This document shows, in pieces, positions 30,576-39,836 of a stretch of 64,000 nt of DNA (positions within the stretch are counted from its first letter, which is position 1; each line of letters starts with the position of its first letter). Location of the stretch: the NCBI GenBank assembly GCA_002389995.1, contig DGRR01000219.1, positions 19,103-83,102 of the forward strand, in the 5' to 3' direction. The notes beneath the pieces are model-generated. The model made no database searches and had not been told where the DNA came from. It saw only the letters and a list, made by a program, of their open reading frames with translations. The stretch comes from Ruminococcus sp. UBA4383. Its GTDB lineage: Bacteria; Bacillota; Clostridia; Oscillospirales; Ruminococcaceae. The position numbers were made by a program, and so were the translations under genes.

Positions 30576-30665
30576 TTATTGCTCCTGATTTTCTTTTTTT
30601 ATTCCGAAAATCGCCCTCAGTATGCCTGAAAGTATCTTAGGACTTTTTATCACGACTATTTTCAT
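30576..30665 (-). CDS. spoVM: Stage V sporulation protein SpoVM (29 aa; not in the ORF track)
   Basis: My translation MKIVVIKSPKILSGILRAIFGIKKENQEQ has the conserved Pro9 amphipathic helix; RBS GGGAGG; immediately downstream of thiN as in Bacillus. Confidence 0.9.
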   Translation of the reverse strand: MKIVVIKSPKILSGILRAIFGIKKENQEQ

Positions 30666-30718
30666 ATGTATCCCTCCCTTGCTGTTATAGTACATTATAT
30701 TCAGCAGGGGTTTTTTGG

Positions 30719-31348
30719 TTACTTTTCAGACCATATGAGGAGGGCTTTTCCTGAGCGTATGGAAATTACGGCTTTTCCGTCCGTTATTTCGTTGCTTACA
30801 CCGAGCGGAAAACTGTTTTTCAGGGTATAATTTTTGAGCGGATATTTAGTGCCACGCATATATTCTATGTCAAGTTCGTCACTTACGGCAAAAAGTGAAA
30901 AATATCCGCTTTCAGATGCAGTAAAATTATGCACACCTTTTCCGAGGGCGGTGACAAAATTTCCGTTGTCACACATTGACATACGGCAGCCGTTTTCGCA
31001 CGCATACACAAGAGTCTGTATATTTGCAAAAGTATGGTCGAATCTTCCGCCCATTCCGCCGAGGAGAAGTATATTTGTACAGCCTTTTTCTATTGCAAGC
31101 TTTACAGCGAGCATTGTATCGGTATCATCTTTTTCGGGTTTACTGCGGTGAACTTCGACACTTTCGGGGATATCACCGTCAAATGAATCGAAATCGCCTA
31201 CAAACACATCTGGGATTATTTCAAGTTCCTCTGCGAGTTTATAACCTCTGTCAGCGGCTATAATTATTCCGTTTCTGCGGAAATTTTCAACGGCTAATTT
31301 TTTGATATTACCTGCATCTCCGCCTGCAAGTATAACACAGTATTTCAT
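30719..31348 (-). CDS. thiN: Thiamine pyrophosphokinase
   Basis: AADRG, GDFDS, EKDDTD, GGRFDH, GVSNE. Confidence 0.94.
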   Translation of the reverse strand: MKYCVILAGGDAGNIKKLAVENFRRNGIIIAADRGYKLAEELEIIPDVFVGDFDSFDGDIPESVEVHRSKPEKDDTDTMLAVKLAIEKGCTNILLLGGMGGRFDHTFANIQTLVYACENGCRMSMCDNGNFVTALGKGVHNFTASESGYFSLFAVSDELDIEYMRGTKYPLKNYTLKNSFPLGVSNEITDGKAVISIRSGKALLIWSEK

Positions 31349-32223
31349 TTGATTTCCCACTCCTTCAGCTTTTTTGCCTCATCATACATAGTGCAGTAGC
31401 TTGCATGACGGCTTTCGGATATTTCGCCCCTTCTGACGGCATCAATTATAACACAGCCTTTTTCGCATATATGGGCGCAGTCACGGAAACGGCATTCTCC
31501 CTCCGCCTTTGAAAATTCTCTGAAACAGCCTGCAATTTCCTCCTTGCGAATTATATCGTATCTGTTTGTCTCAAAGGTTGAAAATCCGGGGGTATCTGCG
31601 ATATATCCGCCTTCAGCGAGTTTATAGAGTTCGGCATGGCGTGTGGTATGCCTTCCTCTGCCGAGTTTACGGCTTATTTCGCCTGTCGGGATATTCAGCG
31701 ATGAATCAACGGCATTTAAAAGTGTAGATTTTCCCGCACCTGAATTTCCTGTAAATGCGCTGATTTTTCCTTTGATGAGATTTCTGACAGCATCTATTGT
31801 ATTTTCGTCATTATAACTGACTTCAATGACATCTATTCCTATACTGCTGTATATTTTTCTGATTTCGGTACTTTCGCCGAGGTCTGTTTTAGTGATGACG
31901 ACAGCGGGGGTTATTCCCTTATATTCTGCTACTGCGATAAATTTGTCAATGAGAAGAAAATTCGGTGCAGGACTTACCGTAGACACTACAAATACAAGCA
32001 GGTCAAGGTTTGCAAGCGGAGGTCTTATTATATGGTTTTTCCTCGGAAATACGTCATATATAACATTGTCTTTAATCTGAACTTTGTCGCCTGTGCATGG
32101 GCTTATGCCTTTACTGCGGAAAACTCCTCTTGCCTTGCACTCATATAAACCGTCAGGGGTCTCTACGGTATAGAGACCCCCGAGGCATTTTATTATTATA
32201 CCGCAGTTATTTTCGGTATTCAT
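31345..32223 (-). CDS. rsgA: Ribosome small subunit-dependent GTPase A
   Basis: Circularly permuted GTPase: TKTD, GNSGAGKS, GRHTT, DTPG; CRFRDCAH..E..C zinc site. Confidence 0.95.
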   Translation of the reverse strand: MNTENNCGIIIKCLGGLYTVETPDGLYECKARGVFRSKGISPCTGDKVQIKDNVIYDVFPRKNHIIRPPLANLDLLVFVVSTVSPAPNFLLIDKFIAVAEYKGITPAVVITKTDLGESTEIRKIYSSIGIDVIEVSYNDENTIDAVRNLIKGKISAFTGNSGAGKSTLLNAVDSSLNIPTGEISRKLGRGRHTTRHAELYKLAEGGYIADTPGFSTFETNRYDIIRKEEIAGCFREFSKAEGECRFRDCAHICEKGCVIIDAVRRGEISESRHASYCTMYDEAKKLKEWEIK

Positions 32224-34628
32224 CAATACCATACCCACTGACCTGTTACGGCATCAACGTAACCGTTTACACCAGGCTGATATTCTCTCCAATGACCGTC
32301 AACAGGGTCCCATTCGCCGTTGACATAAGGCTGGTAGGTATATTCTGTGGGAGCTTCCGTAGGCGGCTGCTGAGTTTCTTCCTGAGGCTGTTCCTGAGGC
32401 TGTTCCTGAGGCTGTTCCTGAGGCTGTTCTTCCTGCTGCTGCTGCTGTTCTTCTTCCTTATTTTCGGTAGCTTTCGGGAATCCTTCAACCTGGTCGAATG
32501 CTGCCCATACGTCCTCGGTTTCTGTTGTGATAGTACCCTCGGCAAAGTTGAAGTAATAAGTTCCGATAGTAGCTCTTACGTTTGTATTGAGGTTAGTAAG
32601 CATTACTGTTACATATACCTTTTCGCCTGAACCCTTTACATCATGGCTGATAGTTGACATTTCGGGGCAGAGGATATTGGGAGTTGTATCTGTACTTACT
32701 TCGCCGTCTTCGCCTTTGAGCATGAAGTCGATAACGAAACGTCCGTTAGCTTCTGCGGGGAAGTTTACAGCATAGGTTATCTGACCGTCAGGATTCTGAC
32801 CGTTACTTACCTGAAATACGATTTCCGAACCCATATCGACTTTTTCGCCTTTTTCGATGCTCTGACCTACGACCTTGCCTTCGTCCTCATAAGATGCAAC
32901 TGATTCAGTGCTTGGTTTAAGACCCTTGTATTCAGCAAGTGCAACGGCATCTTCTGCATCAAGACCGATATATTCGTCAACGCTTACCTGACCTGCTTCG
33001 AGACCCATGCTTACATAGAGGAGGATAGTCTGACCCTTATGGACTTCTGTACCCTCACTTGGTTCAGTTCGTATTACATAGCCTTTTTCTATTTCGGAGC
33101 TTGAAGCATTTTTGACTTCACATTCAAGACCTCTCTGGCGGAGCTGGTCTTTTGCGAGTTCCTGATTCATATTTGCGAGTTTGGGGACTTCAACAGTTTC
33201 CATACCCTTGCTTATTTTTACTTTGAGGATATCGCCCTTTTTGAACTCTGTACCTGCTGCGATGTCCTGAGAGATGATTATACCTGCATCATATTCGTTA
33301 TATTCTGCGCCGTCCTCCTGAAACTGTATGCTGTTTCCGTACTGTGAAACTGCATCGTTGAAGTCCATGCCTACGAAATCGGGCATTGTATAGTCATTTT
33401 TATCGCTATTGTTTTTGAGCAGACCGCTGAGGAGGGTAGCTATAAATATAACTGCAACTATGATAACTACAACGACTACTGCGGTGAGTACGGGGACAAC
33501 GAGTGAGGAACGTTCTTCCTCTTCTTCTTCCTCTTCCTCGCCTGCTTCATCGGGTTCATAGTATCCGTCATTGTTATATATATCTCCGTATCCCTGAGGC
33601 TGCTGGGGCGGATAGGGCTGCTGCTGGGGGTCTGCGTAGCCCTGAACGGGTGCGCCTGCATATATGGGCTGCTGCTGCTGAAGCTGTGCGGCTTCTGCCT
33701 CCTGAGCGGCTCTGATATTTGCAGATGTATCGAAATAGCGTGTACTGCTCTGACCGTCATCATCTTCTTCCTGATAGTAGTTGAAGGTAAGTTCGGGATT
33801 TGACTTGAACTTTTCGAGGTCGGAAATCATTTCGGCAGTTGTCTGGTATCTGTCCTCAGGTTTCTTTTCCATAGCTCTGAGGACTATTTCTTCAAGACCG
33901 TCAGGGATATCGGGGTTGACAGCTCTTGGTCTTTCGGGAATATCGTGCATATGCATAACGGCAATAGTTACGGGGTTATCGCTGTCGAAAGGCTTTTTGC
34001 CCGTAAGCATCTCGTACATCATAGCACCTACGGAATATATATCGCTTTTTGCGTCGGTAGGTTCACCGCTTGCCTGTTCGGGGCTTATATAGTGAACGCT
34101 TCCGATAGCCTGGTCGGTAGCTGTTTTTCCTGCTTCGCTTGCGAACTTGGCGATACCGAAGTCCATGACTTTTATAGTGCCGTCTGTAAAGAGCATTATA
34201 TTCTGCGGTTTTATATCACGGTGGACGATTCCCTTATCGTGGGCGTGCTGTAATGCACGGAGTATCTGGATAATGAAGTGGAGGGTATCCTTCCATGTAA
34301 GGACTTTTTCCTCCTCGATATACTCTTTGAGGGTGATACCGTCGATATATTCCATTACGATGTATTGTATTTTGTCGGAGAATCCCACATCGAACACTTT
34401 TACTATATTGGGGTGTGAGAGTACGGCTATTGCCTTTGATTCGGTTCTGAATCTTCTGAGAAATTCCTCATTTTCGGAAAATTCCTTTTTGAGAATTTTG
34501 ATTGCGACGGTTTTGTTATCAATAACATCAACGCCCTTATAGACCTTAGCCATACCGCCTATGCCTATAAGCTCGGTTATTTCGTACCTGCCGTCAAGTT
34601 TCTTGCCAATGTTCTTGTCCTTGTCCAT
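32223..34628 (-). CDS. prkC: PASTA-domain Ser/Thr kinase (PrkC/Stk1)
   Basis: HRDIKPQN, DFGIA, YISPEQ, TM helix, three PASTA repeats, Q/E/P-rich tail. Confidence 0.96.
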   Translation of the reverse strand: MDKDKNIGKKLDGRYEITELIGIGGMAKVYKGVDVIDNKTVAIKILKKEFSENEEFLRRFRTESKAIAVLSHPNIVKVFDVGFSDKIQYIVMEYIDGITLKEYIEEEKVLTWKDTLHFIIQILRALQHAHDKGIVHRDIKPQNIMLFTDGTIKVMDFGIAKFASEAGKTATDQAIGSVHYISPEQASGEPTDAKSDIYSVGAMMYEMLTGKKPFDSDNPVTIAVMHMHDIPERPRAVNPDIPDGLEEIVLRAMEKKPEDRYQTTAEMISDLEKFKSNPELTFNYYQEEDDDGQSSTRYFDTSANIRAAQEAEAAQLQQQQPIYAGAPVQGYADPQQQPYPPQQPQGYGDIYNNDGYYEPDEAGEEEEEEEEERSSLVVPVLTAVVVVVIIVAVIFIATLLSGLLKNNSDKNDYTMPDFVGMDFNDAVSQYGNSIQFQEDGAEYNEYDAGIIISQDIAAGTEFKKGDILKVKISKGMETVEVPKLANMNQELAKDQLRQRGLECEVKNASSSEIEKGYVIRTEPSEGTEVHKGQTILLYVSMGLEAGQVSVDEYIGLDAEDAVALAEYKGLKPSTESVASYEDEGKVVGQSIEKGEKVDMGSEIVFQVSNGQNPDGQITYAVNFPAEANGRFVIDFMLKGEDGEVSTDTTPNILCPEMSTISHDVKGSGEKVYVTVMLTNLNTNVRATIGTYYFNFAEGTITTETEDVWAAFDQVEGFPKATENKEEEQQQQQEEQPQEQPQEQPQEQPQEETQQPPTEAPTEYTYQPYVNGEWDPVDGHWREYQPGVNGYVDAVTGQWVWY
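32380..32430. repeat. 12-bp coding tandem repeat (EQPQ) in prkC
   Basis: TCCTGAGGCTGT x4. Confidence 0.9.
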
Positions 34629-34648
34629 ACTTATTTCCTTCCTTTGTA

Positions 34649-35374
34649 TTAATCAGAAATTACCGCAACAGATACGTTGTCACGTCCGCCCTTGCTCAGT
34701 GAAAGGTTTATAAGTTCCTGCACAACATCGTCAAAGGCTGTATTGGTAATAACATTATATATTTCATCATCGCTGCAATATCCCGAAAGACCGTCGGAAC
34801 AAAGCAGGAGACTTATCTTGTTTTCATAATCGAGGATAAATGTATCTGTAAGCACTGTTTTTTCAACGCCTACTGCCCTGATGAGCATATTTTTCTGTGG
34901 GTGGCAGTCTCTTTCCTCCTCGGTTATTTTGCCCTGTTCATAGAGCAGAGTTGCAACATTGTGGTCGGTAGTAATCTGATGCAGACCGCTGTCCGTTATA
35001 AGGTAGGCTCTGCTGTCGCCCACATTTGCGATAAATGCTGATTTATCCGTTACAAATGCAGCCACGCAGGTAGTACCCATTCCGAAATTCTGATAATTCA
35101 TCTTGGCTCTTTCGTATATGACAGAATTTGCGGCTGATACTGATGATACGAGGAGCTTACGCAGTTCTTCGTCATCAATATTCTCGTTATATCCTGCGGA
35201 AAATCTCTGGAAAAACTCTTCCATGGCAATGGTACTTGCTTCTTTTCCCGCACATTCTCCGCCCATACCGTCACACACGACAGCGAGGACATTATTTCCG
35301 AAATACTCACATCTTACTGAATCCTGATTCTCCTCACGTCTCAGACCAATATCCGTACCCGATCTGAATCTCAC
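34649..35374 (-). CDS. prpC: PP2C-type Ser/Thr phosphatase (PrpC/Stp1)
   Basis: R..NQD, CDGMGG, MGTT, VGDSR, CSDGL, DNVS. Confidence 0.95.
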   Translation of the reverse strand: MRFRSGTDIGLRREENQDSVRCEYFGNNVLAVVCDGMGGECAGKEASTIAMEEFFQRFSAGYNENIDDEELRKLLVSSVSAANSVIYERAKMNYQNFGMGTTCVAAFVTDKSAFIANVGDSRAYLITDSGLHQITTDHNVATLLYEQGKITEEERDCHPQKNMLIRAVGVEKTVLTDTFILDYENKISLLLCSDGLSGYCSDDEIYNVITNTAFDDVVQELINLSLSKGGRDNVSVAVISD

Positions 35375-36429
35375 TTATCCGCACCTCCGTTTCCTGAATT
35401 TTCTTTATCTGCGTCACGTCTGAGCTGACCGCAGGCGGCTTCTATATCGCTTCCGAGGGTTCTTCTGACGGTGGCATTCACACCTCTCTCGGCGAGATAC
35501 TTTGCAAAATCTGCGGCTTTTGCTCTTGTTGTACGATAATTTCTTTCTTTCACCTTATTGACGGGAATAAGGTTTACATGGCAGTTCATACCTCTTATGA
35601 GGGCTGAAAGCTTATCTGCATCTTTTTCCGATGAATTTACGTCATCTATGACGGCATATTCAAAGGTAATGCGTCTGCCTGTTTTTTCTGTATAATCTCT
35701 GCAAGCCCTGATTAATTCAGGGATATGGTATTTTCTGTTCACGGGCATTATTTCGCTTCTGCGTTTATCATCTGCGCTGTGGAGCGATACCGAAAGCGTA
35801 AGACCGAGTCTGAGTTCTGCGAGTTCATATATTTTCGGCACAATTCCGCAGGTTGAAAGCGATACATGGCGCAGGCTGAGGTTATTTCCGTTTTTATCCG
35901 AAACGAGTTTCAGAAATCTGAGAACATTGTCATAATTGTCGAGGGGTTCGCCTATGCCCATGAGGACGATACCCGATACTCTTATATTTCTGTCTGATTC
36001 GGTATTGTATATCTGCATAAGTATTTCAGACGGATTCAGGTTTCTTACATAGCCTGCGATAGTCGAGGCGCAGAAGTTACAGCCCATTTTACAGCCCACC
36101 TGAGTTGAGACACATATGCTGTAACCGTAGTTGTATTCCATGAGGACAGTTTCGACAAAATTACCGTCATTGAGCCTATAAAGATATTTTACAGTATTAT
36201 CCATATGAGATTCAAGCTTTTTCTGCATAAATAGTCCATTTACACAAAATTTTTCTTTCAGAGCGGTTCTCAATTGGACAGATATATCAGTCATTTTATC
36301 GAAATCAAAGACTCTTTTCACATGAAGCCACTGAAATATTTGTTTTGCCCTGAATTTTTTCTCTCCGAGGTCTGTTAAAATTTTTTCAATTTCATCAAGA
36401 CCGAGGCTGAGTATATCAATTTTATCCAA
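35371..36429 (-). CDS. rlmN: Radical SAM 23S rRNA/tRNA m2A methyltransferase
   Basis: STQVGCKMGCNFC, MGIGEP, SLH, DIEAACGQL. Confidence 0.96.
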   Translation of the reverse strand: MDKIDILSLGLDEIEKILTDLGEKKFRAKQIFQWLHVKRVFDFDKMTDISVQLRTALKEKFCVNGLFMQKKLESHMDNTVKYLYRLNDGNFVETVLMEYNYGYSICVSTQVGCKMGCNFCASTIAGYVRNLNPSEILMQIYNTESDRNIRVSGIVLMGIGEPLDNYDNVLRFLKLVSDKNGNNLSLRHVSLSTCGIVPKIYELAELRLGLTLSVSLHSADDKRRSEIMPVNRKYHIPELIRACRDYTEKTGRRITFEYAVIDDVNSSEKDADKLSALIRGMNCHVNLIPVNKVKERNYRTTRAKAADFAKYLAERGVNATVRRTLGSDIEAACGQLRRDADKENSGNGGADK

Positions 36430-36433
36430 CAGT

Positions 36434-37753
36434 TCACCGTCCTTTTTTTCTCATCTTGGCGATAAAAAAGCCGTCGCTTCCGAAATGCACGGGGAAAATG
36501 CTTGCCATGCCGTCAAACTTTCCGCCGAGTGGTTCGGGGAGTTTCACGAGTTCGATTTCGGGGTGATTTGTGAGTAATTTTTCGACCACCTTATTATTTT
36601 CGGCTTTTCTGAGTGTACAGGTTGAATAAATCATTTCTCCGCCGTCAGCGAGGTATCTGAGGGCATTTTCCGCAATACTGTACTGAATTTCGGGGAGATT
36701 TTCAAAATCATCGGGATTTTTGTATTTTATTTCGGGTTTGCGTCTTATTGCACCGAATCCTGAACAGGGTACATCACACAATATTTTTGTACACTTCGGG
36801 ATTTCGGGATTGAATACTGTTGCATCTCCGACCTGTGCGGAAACGTTGCCGAGTTCAAGGGCTTTGATTCCTTGCTGTATAAGCTTCACACGGTGTTCAT
36901 GCAAATCAAAGGAATAAATTTTCCCCTTGTTGTTCATCATTTCCGCCATAGTGAAAGTTTTTCCGCCGGGGGCGGCGCAGATATCGAGGACTGTATCGTT
37001 TTCAGCAGGATTCAGGGCGAGACAGCAGAGCTGTGAAGCCATATCCTGAACATGAAACCAGCCCATATCGAACATATCACTGTTTTCAACATTTATGAAA
37101 CCTTTTCCCGTTACCTTATAGCAATACGGAATAATTTCAGATTTTTCAAAATCAAATCTGCCTTCCCATGATTTTATAAATTTATCTTCCGTGACTGCGA
37201 GGTTATTCAGCCTTATATAGAAAGGCGGTTCACCGATAGAATCCGACAGGAGATTTTCCGCAAGTTCGATGCCATAATCTTCCGCAAGGCTTCTGACAAG
37301 CCATACAGGTGCGGAATATTCAAGCGACATCTGATTTATCTTATCTTTGGGAATTTCATATTTCTTGTCTCTGCGGATAAAATTTCTCAGCACGGCATTT
37401 ATCATACCTGATGCGCTTGACTTTTTAAATTCTTTTGCGAGTTTCACGCTTTCATTGACGGCTGCGCTGTCAGGCACGCTGTCCATATACAATATCTGAT
37501 ATATACCTGTCCTGAGTATATTGAGGACTACGCTGTCAAGCTTTTCAAGCGGACGTGAGGAAAGTCCGCTGATTATATGGTCAAGCGTGATTTTCCTCTC
37601 AACAACTCCGCAGTATAATGCCGAACAGAATTTCCAGTCCTGATAATCGAGTTTTTCAACTGTCATGGTATGACTGAGAACGATATGCGAATAGCTTTTG
37701 TATATGAACGTTTTTTCAAGAAGTTCAATTGTTATATGTCTTGCGCTTTTCAT
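36434..37753 (-). CDS. rsmB: 16S rRNA m5C967 methyltransferase
   Basis: NusB-like N-terminus, VQD, CAAPGGKT, DVPCSG, YSTCT; ATG 37753 overlaps upstream stop. Confidence 0.95.
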   Translation of the reverse strand: MKSARHITIELLEKTFIYKSYSHIVLSHTMTVEKLDYQDWKFCSALYCGVVERKITLDHIISGLSSRPLEKLDSVVLNILRTGIYQILYMDSVPDSAAVNESVKLAKEFKKSSASGMINAVLRNFIRRDKKYEIPKDKINQMSLEYSAPVWLVRSLAEDYGIELAENLLSDSIGEPPFYIRLNNLAVTEDKFIKSWEGRFDFEKSEIIPYCYKVTGKGFINVENSDMFDMGWFHVQDMASQLCCLALNPAENDTVLDICAAPGGKTFTMAEMMNNKGKIYSFDLHEHRVKLIQQGIKALELGNVSAQVGDATVFNPEIPKCTKILCDVPCSGFGAIRRKPEIKYKNPDDFENLPEIQYSIAENALRYLADGGEMIYSTCTLRKAENNKVVEKLLTNHPEIELVKLPEPLGGKFDGMASIFPVHFGSDGFFIAKMRKKGR

Positions 37754-38418
37754 CTTCTTTTCACCGATAATAAAAGTCTCAGAAGCTGTAATATTGATGC
37801 AACAAGCGAAGTAACATATGTCATAGCCGCAGCCCTTAATACTTTCTGTGCGGCAGGGATTTCGGTAATGTTGAGAATACATTCGTTTTCAAGCGTTTTC
37901 AATGCTCTGTTGCTCGCATTAAATTCCGTGGGGAGCGTTACTATCTGAAAAACAACTACCGCACCGAACATAATTATACCTGCATATGCAAGCTGAGGGA
38001 ATGAATTGAAGAAAAATACTCCCGCAAGAAAGACCCAGTACCATAACATAGAGCAGATATTCGTCACAGGGACAAGTTTGCTCCTGATTAAAATAGGCAG
38101 ATAATTTTCGGAATGCTGACAAACATGACCGCATTCATGGGCAGCCACTCCGATAGCGGCTATACTTGATTTTCCGTATACTGATTCGGAAAGTCTCACT
38201 GTATTTGTGCGTGGGTCATAATGGTCTGTAAGTTCACCGCCCACACGTTCGATATTCACATCATAGAGACCATTGCTGTCGAGGATTCTTCTTGCGACCT
38301 GTTCAGCGGTCATGCCTCCTGAACTCTGTACCTTTGAATACTCTCTGAATGTGCTTTTAACATTCAATGATGCTATTATGGGAAGAACTATTATAAGAAT
38401 AAGAAGCAGAATATCCAT
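37750..38418 (-). CDS. Membrane zinc metallopeptidase (YugP-like)
   Basis: LTDHYDP, AAHECGH, TLPTEFNAS, AAAMTYV. Confidence 0.92.
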   Translation of the reverse strand: MDILLLILIIVLPIIASLNVKSTFREYSKVQSSGGMTAEQVARRILDSNGLYDVNIERVGGELTDHYDPRTNTVRLSESVYGKSSIAAIGVAAHECGHVCQHSENYLPILIRSKLVPVTNICSMLWYWVFLAGVFFFNSFPQLAYAGIIMFGAVVVFQIVTLPTEFNASNRALKTLENECILNITEIPAAQKVLRAAAMTYVTSLVASILQLLRLLLSVKRR

Positions 38419-38429
38419 ATTATCCTCCT

Positions 38430-39353
38430 TTATCCGAGCTTTTCACCTTTTGTTAATTTTTTTCCTCTGAGGAAATCATCAGTTTTCATACGTTTTTTGC
38501 CTTCGGGCTGAACTTCCGTGAAAACTACGGATTTTCCGTCACCGCAGGCGACTGCAAATTTTTTTTCATCTGAAACTGTACCTGTTTCTCCGCTTATGTC
38601 AGAAACTTCACTGCGGAATATTTTGATTCTTTTTCCGTCAAGCAGAGTGAATCCTGTCACGCCTCTTATGATATTATGGACTTCCTGAGCTGATTTAGTA
38701 AAATCGAGTGCAGACATTTCCTTTTTTATCATGGGGGAATAGCATGAAAGGCTGTCGTCCTGTTTTTCGGGGCTTAGAGTATTATTTTCAACGGCATCAA
38801 GAGTTTCTTTCAGAACTTCCCCGCCCATTACGGAAAGTCTTGCATAGAGTTCCTCATAGGTTTCGTTTTTGTCTATGGGAGTAGATTTTTTAATCAGCAT
38901 ATCTCCCGTATCAAGACCTTCTGACATCTGCATTGAAGTAACACCTGTTTCATTTTCACCGTTGAGGATAACCCAGTTTATTGGGGCTGCGCCTCTGTAT
39001 TTCGGCAGAAGTGAAGCGTGGATATTTATACAGCCGTATCGTGGCAGTTCAAGAATTTCTTTCGGGAGTATCTGACCATATGCTGTCACGACTATCAAAT
39101 CAGGGGAAATATCTTTAAGAATTTTCATTGAATTTTCGGCATCATCGCCTTTTTTCAGGGAAAGCGGCTGATAAACCTTATAGCCGTATTCAAGAGCCGC
39201 AGACTTTACGGCAGTCGGGACGAGCTGATTTCCTCTCCTGCCTCTTGGCTTGTCGGGCTGAGTGAATACTGCTGCGATTTCGTGACTGCTTTCGGCGAGG
39301 ACTTTAAGGCATGGTACTGAAAATTCGGGACTTCCCATGAAAACTATTTTCAT
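38430..39353 (-). CDS. fmt: Methionyl-tRNA formyltransferase
   Basis: FMGSPEF, TQPD, NIHASLLPKYRGAAP. Confidence 0.97.
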   Translation of the reverse strand: MKIVFMGSPEFSVPCLKVLAESSHEIAAVFTQPDKPRGRRGNQLVPTAVKSAALEYGYKVYQPLSLKKGDDAENSMKILKDISPDLIVVTAYGQILPKEILELPRYGCINIHASLLPKYRGAAPINWVILNGENETGVTSMQMSEGLDTGDMLIKKSTPIDKNETYEELYARLSVMGGEVLKETLDAVENNTLSPEKQDDSLSCYSPMIKKEMSALDFTKSAQEVHNIIRGVTGFTLLDGKRIKIFRSEVSDISGETGTVSDEKKFAVACGDGKSVVFTEVQPEGKKRMKTDDFLRGKKLTKGEKLG

Positions 39354-39355
39354 TT

Positions 39356-39817
39356 TCAGCCCTCCTCAGGAACGAAAAATTCCTCTACAATTTCAGTAAA
39401 CACATGACCGTCAAGGTGGTCATTTTCATGACATACGCACTGTGCGCCGAGTCCTGTGAAATCCATTTCAAACCAGTTTCCGTTCCTGTCCTGAGCCTTT
39501 AAGTGGACGCTCATGGGACGGGTGACATATCCCCATACATCAGGGCATGAAAGGCAGCCTTCCTGAACTCTCTGTTTGCCCTCTCTTTTTGATACTTCGG
39601 GATTTATGACTTCAAAACTGCCTTCTTCGAGGTGCATTATGAAAATTCTTCTGCAAATTCCCACCTGTGGTGCAGCAAGACCGAGACCCTGAGCCTTGTC
39701 AAGTGTCTCATGCATATCATCGAGAAGTATTGCAAGTCTTTCATCGAATTTTTCGACAGGTCTGCATACTTTGTGTAATGTTTCATCTTTATCTGTTAAA
39801 ATTTTTCTTAATGCCAT
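39356..39817 (-). CDS. def: Peptide deformylase
   Basis: GLAAPQVG, EGCLS, HENDHLDG; ATG 39817 after GAAAGGA. Confidence 0.96.
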   Translation of the reverse strand: MALRKILTDKDETLHKVCRPVEKFDERLAILLDDMHETLDKAQGLGLAAPQVGICRRIFIMHLEEGSFEVINPEVSKREGKQRVQEGCLSCPDVWGYVTRPMSVHLKAQDRNGNWFEMDFTGLGAQCVCHENDHLDGHVFTEIVEEFFVPEEG

Positions 39818-39836
39818 CTGAATTATCCTTTCTATA

